A DNA stretch of 58,415 bases from Verrucomicrobiota bacterium (GCA_039798785.1 JBDKFG010000062.1:1-58415), one strand, 5' to 3'; shown: positions 17,170 through 32,022, counted from the first letter of the stretch. Made by a program: numbers and translations. Notes: generated from the sequence alone by a model not told the origin.

Positions 17170-18231
17170 TCAATCCATGTAGTACCAGAAGTGGGGCTCG
17201 GTGCCGAGGTCCTCCTTGAGGCGGAAGACCTTCTTGTTTTTCAGGATGTAGCTGATTTCGGAGTCCGGGTCGAGGATGTTGCCGAAGACGCGGGCGCCGG
17301 TCGGGCAGGCTTCGGCGCAGGCCGGTTGGCGGCCGTCGCGGGAGCGGGCGATGCACCAGGTGCATTTCTCCATCGCGCCCTGGCGGCGGAGGCGGTTGCC
17401 GAGGTAGTGCTGGTTGGGGTTGATGTCGGCGGCGGGCACCTGCGGCTCCTGCCAGTTGAAGCGGCGGGCCCAGTAGGGGCAGGCGGCTTCGCAGTAGCGG
17501 CAGCCGATGCACCAGTTGTAGTCGACCACCACCAGGCCGTCGGGCTCCTGCCAGGTGGCGCCGACCGGGCAGACCTTGGTGCAGGGCGGATTGCCGCACT
17601 GGAAGCACTGCGTGCCCATGTAGAACTTGCCCGGGGCGCCGACCTCGTGGATGTACTCGGTCTTGCCGTGCTCGGGGCTGAACTGGCCCTTGTCGACCTC
17701 GAAGATGCGGATGTACTGCATGTTCGTGCCGCGGTCCTGGTTGTTCTCCTTGACGCAGGCCTCGATGCATTCGCCGTAGCCCTTGCAGCGCGAGATGTTG
17801 AAGGCGTAGCCGAAGCGGACGCCGGGCTGGGCCGCGGTGTCCTTGACGTGGACCTTGCGGTGGGTGGCGGCCTCGGTCAGGATCTCGATGCGGCGCACCG
17901 TCTCGCGGCGCTCCTCCTCGGTCATCAGGCGGTAGTTCTTCTTGAAGTACTCGGCGAATTTCATCTCGGTGAGCGGGTCGTCCTTGCCGCAGCCGCCGCC
18001 GACCGCGGCGGCGACGGTGGCGGCGCCGAGACCGAGGAAGCCGAGGGCCTCGCGCCGGTTGGCGGGTCGGTGCAGCGCGCCGCCTTCCTGGGGCGGCGGA
18101 GTGGACGGGCAGGAGCCGCCGCCACAGCCGGAGCCGGAGCCGCAGGAGGAGGCGGGGGATTCGTTGAGGGCGTTGCCCTCCTTCCGGCCGAAGCCGAAGA
18201 AGTCGCGGAAGCTGAAGGGTTTCTTACTCAT
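17170..18231 (-). CDS. NrfC/DsrO/QrcC-like 4Fe-4S ferredoxin subunit with internal Tat-like motif
   Basis: NRREALG, CKGYGECIEAC, CFQCGNPPCTKVC, CIGCRYCEAAC, KCTWC...PACAEAC. Confidence 0.9.
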   Translation of the reverse strand: MSKKPFSFRDFFGFGRKEGNALNESPASSCGSGSGCGGGSCPSTPPPQEGGALHRPANRREALGFLGLGAATVAAAVGGGCGKDDPLTEMKFAEYFKKNYRLMTEEERRETVRRIEILTEAATHRKVHVKDTAAQPGVRFGYAFNISRCKGYGECIEACVKENNQDRGTNMQYIRIFEVDKGQFSPEHGKTEYIHEVGAPGKFYMGTQCFQCGNPPCTKVCPVGATWQEPDGLVVVDYNWCIGCRYCEAACPYWARRFNWQEPQVPAADINPNQHYLGNRLRRQGAMEKCTWCIARSRDGRQPACAEACPTGARVFGNILDPDSEISYILKNKKVFRLKEDLGTEPHFWYYMD

Positions 18232-18886
18232 GGCCGTGGCCTCCGTGGGGGGCGCCGAGTTCCTTCGGCAGCTCGGTGGAATAGGGGCGGGTGCCCGGCA
18301 GGGTCGGCCGGGCCTTGGGGAAGCGTTTGTCGAAGGCGGGCGAGTGGGGATTGTGGCATCCGGTGCAGCTCAGCACCACCCGCTCGCCCTGCCATTGGTT
18401 GAGCCGCTTGCCGTGGGCGCCGTTGGCCCAGTCGCGGTGCTGCTGGAAGTGGCACTGGGCGCAGACGCGATAGGCGGCGTCGAAGCTCACCGGCGTGCCG
18501 TCCATCAACTTCAATTGCCGCGCATCCTTCTCGTCGTGGCAGCTGCGACAGTCCATCGTCGAACCCTGGGCGTGCTTGAGGACGATGTCGGTGTGCATCA
18601 GGTCGCCCCGCGCCGCCCCCTCGCGCCGCTCGGGAATGGCGGTGTGGCAGCCGCTGCAGTCCCAGCGCTTCAACTCGGGAATCCGGCAGGCCACCTCGAA
18701 GCCCTGCTTCACCCCGGTCCGCGCCACGTCCTCCGCCGGCACGCGCTTCACCTTCATCAGCCCCTGGCTGTCGCTCACCGCGCAGGGCTGCCCCTGCGCC
18801 GCCGGCAGCTTCATCTCGGCCGAAGCCTCCGGCGCCGGCCGGCAGGCGCTCAACGCCAAGAGCAATATCAAGCCTCGTGTCTTCAT
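18224..18886 (-). CDS. Tetraheme c-type cytochrome lipoprotein
   Basis: Lipobox LALSAC; CSGCH, CRSCH, CAQCH, CTGCH. Confidence 0.88.
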   Translation of the reverse strand: MKTRGLILLLALSACRPAPEASAEMKLPAAQGQPCAVSDSQGLMKVKRVPAEDVARTGVKQGFEVACRIPELKRWDCSGCHTAIPERREGAARGDLMHTDIVLKHAQGSTMDCRSCHDEKDARQLKLMDGTPVSFDAAYRVCAQCHFQQHRDWANGAHGKRLNQWQGERVVLSCTGCHNPHSPAFDKRFPKARPTLPGTRPYSTELPKELGAPHGGHGHE

Positions 18887-18986
18887 CTTCAGTGACCTCT
18901 TTTATGGGTTTGTGATCGACAGCCAAGCAATTCACGTCCATCCCTTTCCGGATCAACAGCACAAAGCACTGAAGCTCAATGCAATA

Positions 18987-19011
18987 AAATATTCATTTTA
19001 GGTGAATGTTT
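18987..19011. promoter_or_regulatory. Putative NsrR/Rrf2-type operator (site 2)
   Basis: AAATATTCAT-TTTAG-GTGAATGTTT, near-perfect palindrome in the AT-rich divergent region. Confidence 0.65.
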
Positions 19012-19052
19012 GCTAAAAATCTGCAATGCAGGTACTTGGTGCGTATGCCATC

Positions 19053-19077
19053 AAAGATTCATTCAGTATGAAAGTTT
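19053..19077. promoter_or_regulatory. Putative NsrR/Rrf2-type operator (site 3)
   Basis: AAAGATTCAT-TCAGT-ATGAAAGTTT; next to a minus-strand TTGACA (19086-19091). Confidence 0.65.
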
Positions 19078-19176
19078 TTAAATCCTGTCAATCAAGGCCT
19101 TGGGCGCCACTCTGAAAATCGGAGACTGGGATTTTGCTTGCCTCATGGGCACACCACCCCAAGTAAGGAGCTTCCC

Positions 19177-19401
19177 ATGCCTGTCTGCAGTTTCATCATT
19201 CATCCCGCTCCCGGAGCCACCGAGGAGCTCGTTAGCGAGCTGAGCGCTTTCCCTGGTTGCGAGGCCACCCCGAGCGACGACCTCAGCCTCTTGGTCCTGG
19301 TCAGCGAGACCGACACGCGCGAGGAGATGGAAGAACTTACCGAGAAGCTCCGCTGCTACCCTCGCGTCCTCAGCCTTTCAATCACATTCGGCCAACTCTA
19401 A
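19177..19401 (+). CDS. napD: NapD chaperone
   Basis: 74-aa ferredoxin-like protein (MPVCSFII...LVLVSE...VLSLS) directly before napA; AAGGAG RBS. Confidence 0.8.
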   Translation: MPVCSFIIHPAPGATEELVSELSAFPGCEATPSDDLSLLVLVSETDTREEMEELTEKLRCYPRVLSLSITFGQL

Positions 19402-19433
19402 CCTAACCCCCCAGCATCAAGGAGAAAAACACC

Positions 19434-21776
19434 ATGGACTTCAATCGCAGAGAGCTTCTCAAGAAAATGGCCTTCGCCGCCGCATGCTCCGCGGCCGTGG
19501 CCGGCACTCCTGGCGTCAGCTTCGGCGCCTGGCAGGAATCGGACGCCAACAGCGCCGACATCACCTGGCACAAGTCGCCCTGCCGCTTCTGCGGCGTCGG
19601 CTGCTCGCTGCTGCTCGGCATCTCCAACGGCCGTGCCGTCGCGGTCAAGGGCGACCCCCGCGGCGCCGCCAACCGCGGCCTCGCCTGCGTCAAGGGCTTC
19701 CACTCGGTCCAGGCCCTCTACGGTTCCGACCGCCTCAAGAAGGCCCTGGTCAAGAAGGACGGCAAGATGGTCGAAGTGCCGATCACCGAGGCGCTCGACC
19801 TGGTCGCCGCGAAGATGAAGGAAAGCATCGACAAGCACGGCAAGGACTCGGTGGCGATGTACACCTCCGGCCAGTCGACCATTCCCGACGGCTACGCCGC
19901 CTCGAAGTTCATGAAGGGCTGCATCGGCACCAACAACCTCGACTGCAACGCCCGCCTCTGCATGGCCTCCGCCGTCACCGGCTTCATGACCAGCTTCGGC
20001 ATCGACGAGCCGATGGGTTGCTATGAGGACTTCGACCACGCCGACGTCTTCGTCACCTGGGGTAACAACATGGCCGAGATGCACCCGGTGCTCTTCTCCC
20101 GCATGCTCGACCGCCGCCAGCGCGACAAGAAGGTGACCATCGTCGCCCTCGAGACCCGCACCACCCGCAGCGGCGTCGCCTCCGACAAGCAGATGATCTT
20201 CCAGCCCAACACCGACCTGGCGATCGCCAACTGCATCTCGCACCTCATCGTCAAGAACGGCTGGGTCGACGCTGACTTCGTCAAGAACTACGTCAGCATC
20301 AAGAAGGGCCGCACCGCGATCGAGGGTCCCGACGGCCTCGGCTACGGCCTCGGCGAGAAGGACGGCCTGCAGAAGGACAAGCCCGAGCCGGCGACCTGGG
20401 AGGAATACGTCAAGTTCCTCGAGGACTACACGCCGGAAGCGGTCGAGAAGATCTCCGGCGTCAAAGCCGACGACCTCCGCACCCTCGGCGCCCTCTACGG
20501 CGACCCGGCGCGCAAGGTGATGAGCCTGTGGTGCATGGGGATGAACCAGCACACCCGCGGCACCTGGATCAATAACCTGGTGTACAACCTGCACCTGCTC
20601 ACCGGCAAGATCTCCAAGCCCGGCAACTCGCCCTTCTCGCTCACCGGCCAGCCCTCCGCCTGCGGCACCGCCCGCGAGGTCGGCACCTTCACCCACCGCC
20701 TGCCGCACGGCGTCGTCAGCGACGAGCACTCGCGCCACATGGCCGCCGAGATCTGGGGCGTCCCCTATGAGCGCATTCCGAGCAAGCCGACCTACTCCGC
20801 CGTGCCGATGTTCCGCGCCCTCGACCGCGGCGACCTCAAGTTCATCTGGATCCAGTGCACCAACCCGATGGTCACCCTCCCCAACCACAACCGCTACCGC
20901 GACGGCTCGCTCAAGGAGGACCGCTTCGTCGTCGTCTCCGACGTCTACCCCACCCCCACCACCGACGTCGCCGACGTCATCCTCCCCGCCGCGATGTGGA
21001 TCGAACGCGAAGGCATGTACGGCAACTCCGAGCGCCGTACCCAGCACTTCGATAAGCTGATCGCCCCCGCCTCCGAAGACTGCTGGCCCGACGCGGTGCA
21101 GACCATGTACGTCGCCAAGAAGCTCGGCTTCGACAAGGAGTTCCCCTGGACTCCCGAGAACTACGCCGAAGGGATGTACCGCGAATACTGCAAGTTCCAG
21201 GAAGGCGCCCTGCACGGCATGGCTCCCTACGAAGTCCTCAAGGCCCGCCCCGGCGTCCTCTGGCCCTACGTCAACGGCAAGTCCACCCGCTGGCGCTTCA
21301 ACTCCGCCCTCGACCCCGCCTGCACCAACGGCAAAGCCTTCCACTTCTACGGCAACAAGGACGGCAAGGCCAACCTCTGGCTCCGCCCCTACCAGAAGCC
21401 CGCCGAGTCGCCCGACACGGAATACCCCTTCTGGCTCAACACCGGCCGCGTCCTCGAACATTGGCACTCCGGTTCGATGACCCGCCGCATCCCCGCCCTG
21501 CACGGCTCGGTCCCCGAATCCTACTGCGAAATGCATGAAGAAGACGCCCGCGCCCTCGAGGTCTACGACGGCGACATGGTGAAACTCACCACCCGCCGCG
21601 GCGTCCTCGAAATCCCCGCCCGCATCAACGGCCGCGGACGCCCGGTGCGCGGCCAGGTCTTCGTCCCCTTCTTCGACGAGAACTACATGATCAACAAGCT
21701 CACCATCGACGCCTTCGATCCCTACTCGAACCAGCCGGACTACAAGAAGTGCGCCGTCCGCGTCGAAAAAGCTTAA
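19434..21776 (+). CDS. napA: Periplasmic nitrate reductase catalytic subunit
   Basis: Tat NRRELLK, CRFCGVGC, NARLCMASA, GMNQH, TGQPSACGTAREVG, TGRVLEHWHSGSMT, DYKKCAV. Confidence 0.95.
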   Translation: MDFNRRELLKKMAFAAACSAAVAGTPGVSFGAWQESDANSADITWHKSPCRFCGVGCSLLLGISNGRAVAVKGDPRGAANRGLACVKGFHSVQALYGSDRLKKALVKKDGKMVEVPITEALDLVAAKMKESIDKHGKDSVAMYTSGQSTIPDGYAASKFMKGCIGTNNLDCNARLCMASAVTGFMTSFGIDEPMGCYEDFDHADVFVTWGNNMAEMHPVLFSRMLDRRQRDKKVTIVALETRTTRSGVASDKQMIFQPNTDLAIANCISHLIVKNGWVDADFVKNYVSIKKGRTAIEGPDGLGYGLGEKDGLQKDKPEPATWEEYVKFLEDYTPEAVEKISGVKADDLRTLGALYGDPARKVMSLWCMGMNQHTRGTWINNLVYNLHLLTGKISKPGNSPFSLTGQPSACGTAREVGTFTHRLPHGVVSDEHSRHMAAEIWGVPYERIPSKPTYSAVPMFRALDRGDLKFIWIQCTNPMVTLPNHNRYRDGSLKEDRFVVVSDVYPTPTTDVADVILPAAMWIEREGMYGNSERRTQHFDKLIAPASEDCWPDAVQTMYVAKKLGFDKEFPWTPENYAEGMYREYCKFQEGALHGMAPYEVLKARPGVLWPYVNGKSTRWRFNSALDPACTNGKAFHFYGNKDGKANLWLRPYQKPAESPDTEYPFWLNTGRVLEHWHSGSMTRRIPALHGSVPESYCEMHEEDARALEVYDGDMVKLTTRRGVLEIPARINGRGRPVRGQVFVPFFDENYMINKLTIDAFDPYSNQPDYKKCAVRVEKA

Positions 21777-21788
21777 TCGGAGGTCACC

Positions 21789-22574
21789 ATGAACCATGAT
21801 CCCCATCTGGGACGCCGCCTCTTCGGCATCGCGGTCTTCCTCGGCCTCAGCGCCGTCGCGGTCGCCTATGTCGGCGAAAGCATCGTCAAACCGAAAATCC
21901 TGCCGCCTCTGCCGGTGCTGCAGGCCGACGACAAAGGGCCATTGCCGACGATCTCGCCGCAGGACCGCGAGGCCCTGCGCCAGGACGGCGGCCGCAGCGC
22001 TGCGGCGCCGGCGGAATGGCCCGAAGGCGCGCCGCAACGCGATCTCGCCACGGTCTATTCGCGCCGCGCCTACCACGGCGCGCCGCCGGTGATTCCGCAC
22101 GCCGTCGACAACGCCCTCGAGATCAAGCAAAACTGCAACAGCTGCCACGAGAAGGGCGGCTTCGTGCCAAACTTCAAGGCCTTTGCGCCGGTGACGCCGC
22201 ACCCGCAGTATGAGAACTGCCTGCAGTGCCACGCCATGGCCAAGAGCAGCGAGGAGTTCAGCCGCGCCGAAGGCCCGTCCCAGAAGAACCTCTGGACCAG
22301 CCCGAAGCCGCCGCTGACCAAGCAGCTCGGCCTCGCCTCGGCGCCGCCCAAGATCCCGCACAGCCTCCACTTGCGCGACAAGTGCCTCGCCTGCCACGAC
22401 GGCCCGGCTGCTCCGGTCGAAATCCGCTGCCCGCACCCCGAGCGAGGCAACTGCCTGCAGTGCCATGCCCAGAGCGTCGACAGCAATGGCCTCAGCCACC
22501 TCGGCAGATCCCGCAAGGCGGATCCCTTCCGCCGCTCCTCCGATGCCCAAGGCCTCAGTCCCGCAGCACCCTGA
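21789..22574 (+). CDS. napB: NapB-like cytochrome with duplicated diheme domain (4 hemes) and N-terminal anchor
   Basis: Two units of PPxIPH-CxxCH-PHP-CLQCH (CNSCH, CLQCH, CLACH, CLQCH). Confidence 0.8.
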   Translation: MNHDPHLGRRLFGIAVFLGLSAVAVAYVGESIVKPKILPPLPVLQADDKGPLPTISPQDREALRQDGGRSAAAPAEWPEGAPQRDLATVYSRRAYHGAPPVIPHAVDNALEIKQNCNSCHEKGGFVPNFKAFAPVTPHPQYENCLQCHAMAKSSEEFSRAEGPSQKNLWTSPKPPLTKQLGLASAPPKIPHSLHLRDKCLACHDGPAAPVEIRCPHPERGNCLQCHAQSVDSNGLSHLGRSRKADPFRRSSDAQGLSPAAP

Positions 22575-22634
22575 TTCCTGCGTCACCATGGATCCCGAAC
22601 GAGCGACTTCGCTCACTCCGGGAATCCTGAAAGA

Positions 22635-22669
22635 ATCCGCCGCCCCCATCTCGGAGGCGGCGGTTTTTT
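22635..22669 (+). terminator. Terminator after napB (convergent with clpB)
   Basis: CCGCCGCC...GGCGGCGG followed by TTTTTT. Confidence 0.8.
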
Positions 22670-22685
22670 GGGGTTTCCCCGGGGG

Positions 22686-25271
<2,586 letters not shown>

Positions 25272-25689
25272 GGGATTCTCCTCGGGCTGGGTTTGCTTGA
25301 TTATTCCCTTTGAGCAGGCTCGCCACCCAAGCCAAGCATTCCAATGTAAGTTCATGCCAAATTGTATCTTATGCAAATAGCTTGAGAAATCCGGAGAGCT
25401 CCTGAGCGTCCGGTTGTCACTGTTCCCGGACATTCTGGCACATCGAGAGACGGAATGGCGCTTGTGCCTCAATCTCGTGCCCTATGTGCTGGCGCTTCTG
25501 CGCCGAGCGCAAACGAGCTCAATACCGAGCCTGCCGATATCTGTCGACATCGACAGATGTCGAGGTGGTTTGTGAGCGGCGCAAGGATCGACTGGGTCAC
25601 TCGACAAGCAGGGGGAGGGGGATAGCTTGGGCGACAGCAACCATGAATTAAAGCTGGTCGAAGCCAAACTTAGCTATCAGGAAGTCATC

Positions 25690-26202
25690 ATGATGAATGG
25701 ATTTGATTGTGCTACTTGCGGGGCTTATCATGAGGAGATCCCGATGTGCTTCGGTCCTCCAGCACCAGCGCTTTGGTATGCGATCCCTTTAAATGAACGC
25801 AGCGAACGATGTCAATTGACATCAGATCAATGCGTCATCGACGGCAAGCACTTCTTCGTTCTCGGGCGGATTGCATTCCCTGTGATCGATGGATCTGAAG
25901 GTGATGATGAATTCATCTGGCTGGCCTGGGTCTCGTTGAGCCAAGCCGATTTCATCCGTGTTAGTGAATTGTGGGAGCATGAAGGCCGGGAGAGCGAAGA
26001 GCCTTATTTGGGCTGGCTTCAAAGCTCCCTGCCTTATAGTTCGGATACCTTGAATTTGAGAGTGCGAGTCCAAACCATGCAGGTTGGGGTTCGCCCCCAA
26101 ATCTGGATTGAGTCCACTGAGCATCCTTTGTTCCTTGAGCAACTCCTCGGGATTCCCATGTCTCGTGTTCAGGAGATTGTAGAAGCGGCTCTACATGGCT
26201 GA
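25690..26202 (+). CDS. DUF2199-like conserved hypothetical protein
   Basis: CATCGAYH, SDQCVID..HFFV.G, WxxWVSLS, GWL, RP, HPL..EQ; lower GC than neighbours. Confidence 0.75.
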   Translation: MMNGFDCATCGAYHEEIPMCFGPPAPALWYAIPLNERSERCQLTSDQCVIDGKHFFVLGRIAFPVIDGSEGDDEFIWLAWVSLSQADFIRVSELWEHEGRESEEPYLGWLQSSLPYSSDTLNLRVRVQTMQVGVRPQIWIESTEHPLFLEQLLGIPMSRVQEIVEAALHG

Positions 26203-26228
26203 GAGCGTTATCTTGATTTCACACTTCC

Positions 26229-26254
26229 TTCCGTGCCCTCCGTGTTTTCCGTGG
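26229..26254. repeat. Orphan right arm of a tandem-9-mer element
   Basis: TTCCGTGCCCTCCGTGTTTTCCGTGG; no partner arm seen. Confidence 0.6.
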
Positions 26255-26386
26255 AGGAATCCGCTGCCGACGAAGCTCGCCGAGCGGCGACAATTTCTTT
26301 TCCCCGCGCCCTGTCACCAGTCTTGATTTTTGCGGCCCGGGCGTTCCCTTCTGCGGATTTGTCAAAAACCAACGGAAGACCCCACC

Positions 26387-29629
<3,243 letters not shown>

Positions 29630-29649
29630 TCCAACGATCATGAGTCCCG

Positions 29650-29673
29650 GCCCGGCCTCGCAGGAGGCCGGGC
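29650..29673 (+). terminator. Hairpin/terminator after carB
   Basis: GCCCGGCCTC-GCAG-GAGGCCGGGC; weak U tract. Confidence 0.55.
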
Positions 29674-29711
29674 TGACTTGTTCCGACAGCACAAAGGACT
29701 CGACGGATGAA

Positions 29712-29914
29712 CCTAAAACCAATCCACCACCAGCAGCACGCGTATCCCCGCATCCTTCATCCTTGGCCCAGCGTGCGCGTCATCGCCAAACACCCAAGGT
29801 GGGAGCCCGGTGCGCAAATCGCGCCCGCCGGGATCTGTGCGGGGGGCTCACAGCAATGAGAGTCCCTACCGCGATACACTTTGAACCTCCAACCTTTCAA
29901 CTGCGGTTTTTAGG
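29712..29914. mobile_element. MITE-like element C2
   Basis: The right end reverse-complements to CCTAAAAACCGCAGTTGAAAGGTTGGAGG (the C1 left end); partial left end CCTAAAACC. Confidence 0.5.
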
Positions 29915-30024
29915 TTAAAGTGGTGAGCGAGGCAAGGTGCTTCCGCCCTGCCTCGCTCACTGGCTTCTCCGGTCCGACTGGAATCTGCCTTTTCCCGGAC
30001 GCAATACTCAGCATCACCCCAAAT

Positions 30025-30166
30025 CAAGCTCGACTGAAGCGCAGAAGACGCAGAAGCGCGCAGTAAGGAGTGATCGGCAGACCGCTAATCTTTCTACTTT
30101 TGCGCTCTTTGTGGCTTTTGTGGCCATCTAGCTTTCTTCGCTTCTTCGTTCCTTCGAGTGATACAG
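30025..30166. repeat. Dispersed repeat B2
   Basis: Homologous to 9884-9998; includes the complementary arm TTTTGCGCTCTTTGTGGCTTTTGTGG. Confidence 0.75.
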
Positions 30167-30172
30167 GCCGGC

Positions 30173-30784
30173 TTATTTCTTCGACTGGTCGAGGACTTCG
30201 AACTCGCCTTTGCGGTCCTGGCTCCATGCGGAGTCGTCGCCGGCACCTTGCTGCGCGACTTCCTCGCCCATCGACTGGGTGGTGATGCGGCTTTCGAGCT
30301 CGGGGCGGATCTTGACCAGGATGTCCTTGACGGCGATGGCGCGGCGCTCGCCGAGGGCGCGGTTGTACTCTTCGCTGCCGCGCTCGTCGCAGTGGCCCTT
30401 GACGATGCAGACGTAGGCGGGATGGGCGACCAGGAGTTCGGCGATCTTGGCGCACTTTTCATCTTCCGAAGCGGCGACTTCGGCGGAGTCGAAGGCGAAG
30501 TAGACGGGGGCGATGCCGTGTTCGACCGGGGTGCCTTTGGTGTCGGCATCAAAGATGTTGCTGCCGTCGCCGAGGCTGCCATTGCCGATGGTTCCGATGG
30601 TTCCGGCACCGGCGCTGGCACCGCCAGTGCCGATGTCGCCGAGGCCGCTGCCAGCACCAGCGCCGCCTTGGCCGGCAATATCGGGTTCGACGGTGTTGTT
30701 GCGGGCGTAAACGGCTCGCGACTTGCCGCAGGAGGCGGAGAAGAGGGCGAGTGCGACAGCGGCGACGAGGATTTGCTTGATCAT
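30173..30784 (-). CDS. Pal/OmpA-C peptidoglycan-binding lipoprotein (4th in array; paralog of 31408-32022)
   Basis: Lipobox FSASC, Gly-rich linker, VYFAFDS, GHCDERGSEEYNRALGERRA. Confidence 0.9.
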   Translation of the reverse strand: MIKQILVAAVALALFSASCGKSRAVYARNNTVEPDIAGQGGAGAGSGLGDIGTGGASAGAGTIGTIGNGSLGDGSNIFDADTKGTPVEHGIAPVYFAFDSAEVAASEDEKCAKIAELLVAHPAYVCIVKGHCDERGSEEYNRALGERRAIAVKDILVKIRPELESRITTQSMGEEVAQQGAGDDSAWSQDRKGEFEVLDQSKK

Positions 30785-30829
30785 GGGGGGGGCCTGTTGG
30801 TTTTGGGGTTTTTGAGAGATGGAGGGGCT

Positions 30830-31396
30830 TTAGCGGGCCCAGAATTCGAATTCAACGCGGCGGTTGCGGGCCTGGCTGGCCGGGTCATCGCCTTCAAGTG
30901 CGGGTCGTTCGGCGCCCCAAGCGAGGCTGCGGACGCGATCCTTGGTCCAGGGGTGCAGCTTGAGAAGTCGCTGCTGCACCGCCAGGGCGCGGCGTTCGCT
31001 GAGGGCGCGGTTGTATTCCTCACTGCCCTGCTGATCGGTGTGGCCGCCGATCACCAGGGTCCAGTTGTCGTGGCGGCCGAGCGCCGAGGCAAGCTGCCCC
31101 AGAAGAGTGTCGCTGCCCTGCGGCAGGGCGGTGCTGTCGAAGTCGAAGAGGATGGGGGGGAAGTCCGTCGCCACCTTGTCGCCGAGCTCATCGACGATGC
31201 CGCCGTCTTCCGGATCGGTGGCGGCGGCGGAGCGGCCGGAGGAGGGGAGGAAGACCTGGCTGCCGCGCTTCGGCGGGGATTTGAGATAGGCCGCGTTCTG
31301 CGTCGACGGCAAAGCGCCGCGGCTGCTCGCCGCGACGCCTTGCTGACAGCTGGCCAGGGCCCAGGCCGCGGCCAGCAGGATGCCGATGAAGCGCAT
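30830..31396 (-). CDS. Pal/OmpA-C lipoprotein (3rd in array)
   Basis: LASC lipobox, ILFDFDS, GHTDQQGSEEYNRALSERRA, NRRVEF; start set at MRFIG. Confidence 0.88.
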   Translation of the reverse strand: MRFIGILLAAAWALASCQQGVAASSRGALPSTQNAAYLKSPPKRGSQVFLPSSGRSAAATDPEDGGIVDELGDKVATDFPPILFDFDSTALPQGSDTLLGQLASALGRHDNWTLVIGGHTDQQGSEEYNRALSERRALAVQQRLLKLHPWTKDRVRSLAWGAERPALEGDDPASQARNRRVEFEFWAR

Positions 31397-31407
31397 CGGC
31401 GGGGAGA

Positions 31408-32022
31408 TCACTTCTTCGACTGGTCGAGGACTTCGAACTCGCCTTTGCGGTCCTGGCTCCAAGCCGAGTCGTCGCCGGCGCCCTGTTGAGCCACTTCTTC
31501 GCCCATCGACTGGGTGGTGATGCGGCTTTCGAGCTCGGGGCGGATCTTGATCAGGATGTCCTTGACAGCGATGGCGCGGCGCTCGCCGAGGGCGCGGTTG
31601 TACTCTTCGCTGCCGCGCTCGTCGCAGTGGCCCTTGACGATGCAGACGTAGGCGGGGTTGGCAACCAGGAGCGCGGCGATGTCGGCGCACTTCTTGTCCT
31701 CGGAAGCGGCGACTTCGGCGGAGTCGAAGGCGAAGTAGACCGGGGCGATGCCGTGGGCGACGGGAGTGCCTTTGGTGTCGGCGTCGAAGGGGTTAGTGCC
31801 GGTGCCGGAGCCGTCGCCGCCGATGGTGCCGAGGGTGCCGCCACCAGCTCCGGTGGTGCTGCCGCCGAGACCGGCAAGGTCGCCGAGGCCACTGCCGGCA
31901 CCGCCCTTGCCGGCGATATCGGGCTCGACGGTGTTGTTGCGGGCGTAGACGGCGCGCGACTTGCCGCAGGAGGCGGTGAAGAGGGAGAGAGCGACGGCGG
32001 CGACGAGGATGTTCTTGATCAT
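31408..32022 (-). CDS. Pal/OmpA-C lipoprotein (2nd in array)
   Basis: FTASC lipobox, Gly-rich linker, GHCDERGSEEYN; start set at MIKNILV. Confidence 0.9.
   Translation of the reverse strand: MIKNILVAAVALSLFTASCGKSRAVYARNNTVEPDIAGKGGAGSGLGDLAGLGGSTTGAGGGTLGTIGGDGSGTGTNPFDADTKGTPVAHGIAPVYFAFDSAEVAASEDKKCADIAALLVANPAYVCIVKGHCDERGSEEYNRALGERRAIAVKDILIKIRPELESRITTQSMGEEVAQQGAGDDSAWSQDRKGEFEVLDQSKK

Noticed and set aside
15898..18231. DsrOP call implying sulfur metabolism
   Set aside because: No dsrMKJ or dsrAB in the window; the context is nap
19126..19142. Sigma-54 promoter for napD (TGGGATTTTGCTTGC)
   Set aside because: GG-N10-GC spacing fits but the -24 element lacks TGGCAC; too weak to call
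19434..21776. Formate dehydrogenase or assimilatory nitrate reductase
   Set aside because: NapA-specific CMASA and GQPSACGTAREVG motifs, Tat signal, and flanking napD/napB
25272..25480. CIRCE/HspR operator upstream of clpB
   Set aside because: No TTAGCACTC-N9-GAGTGCTAA or convincing HAIR match seen
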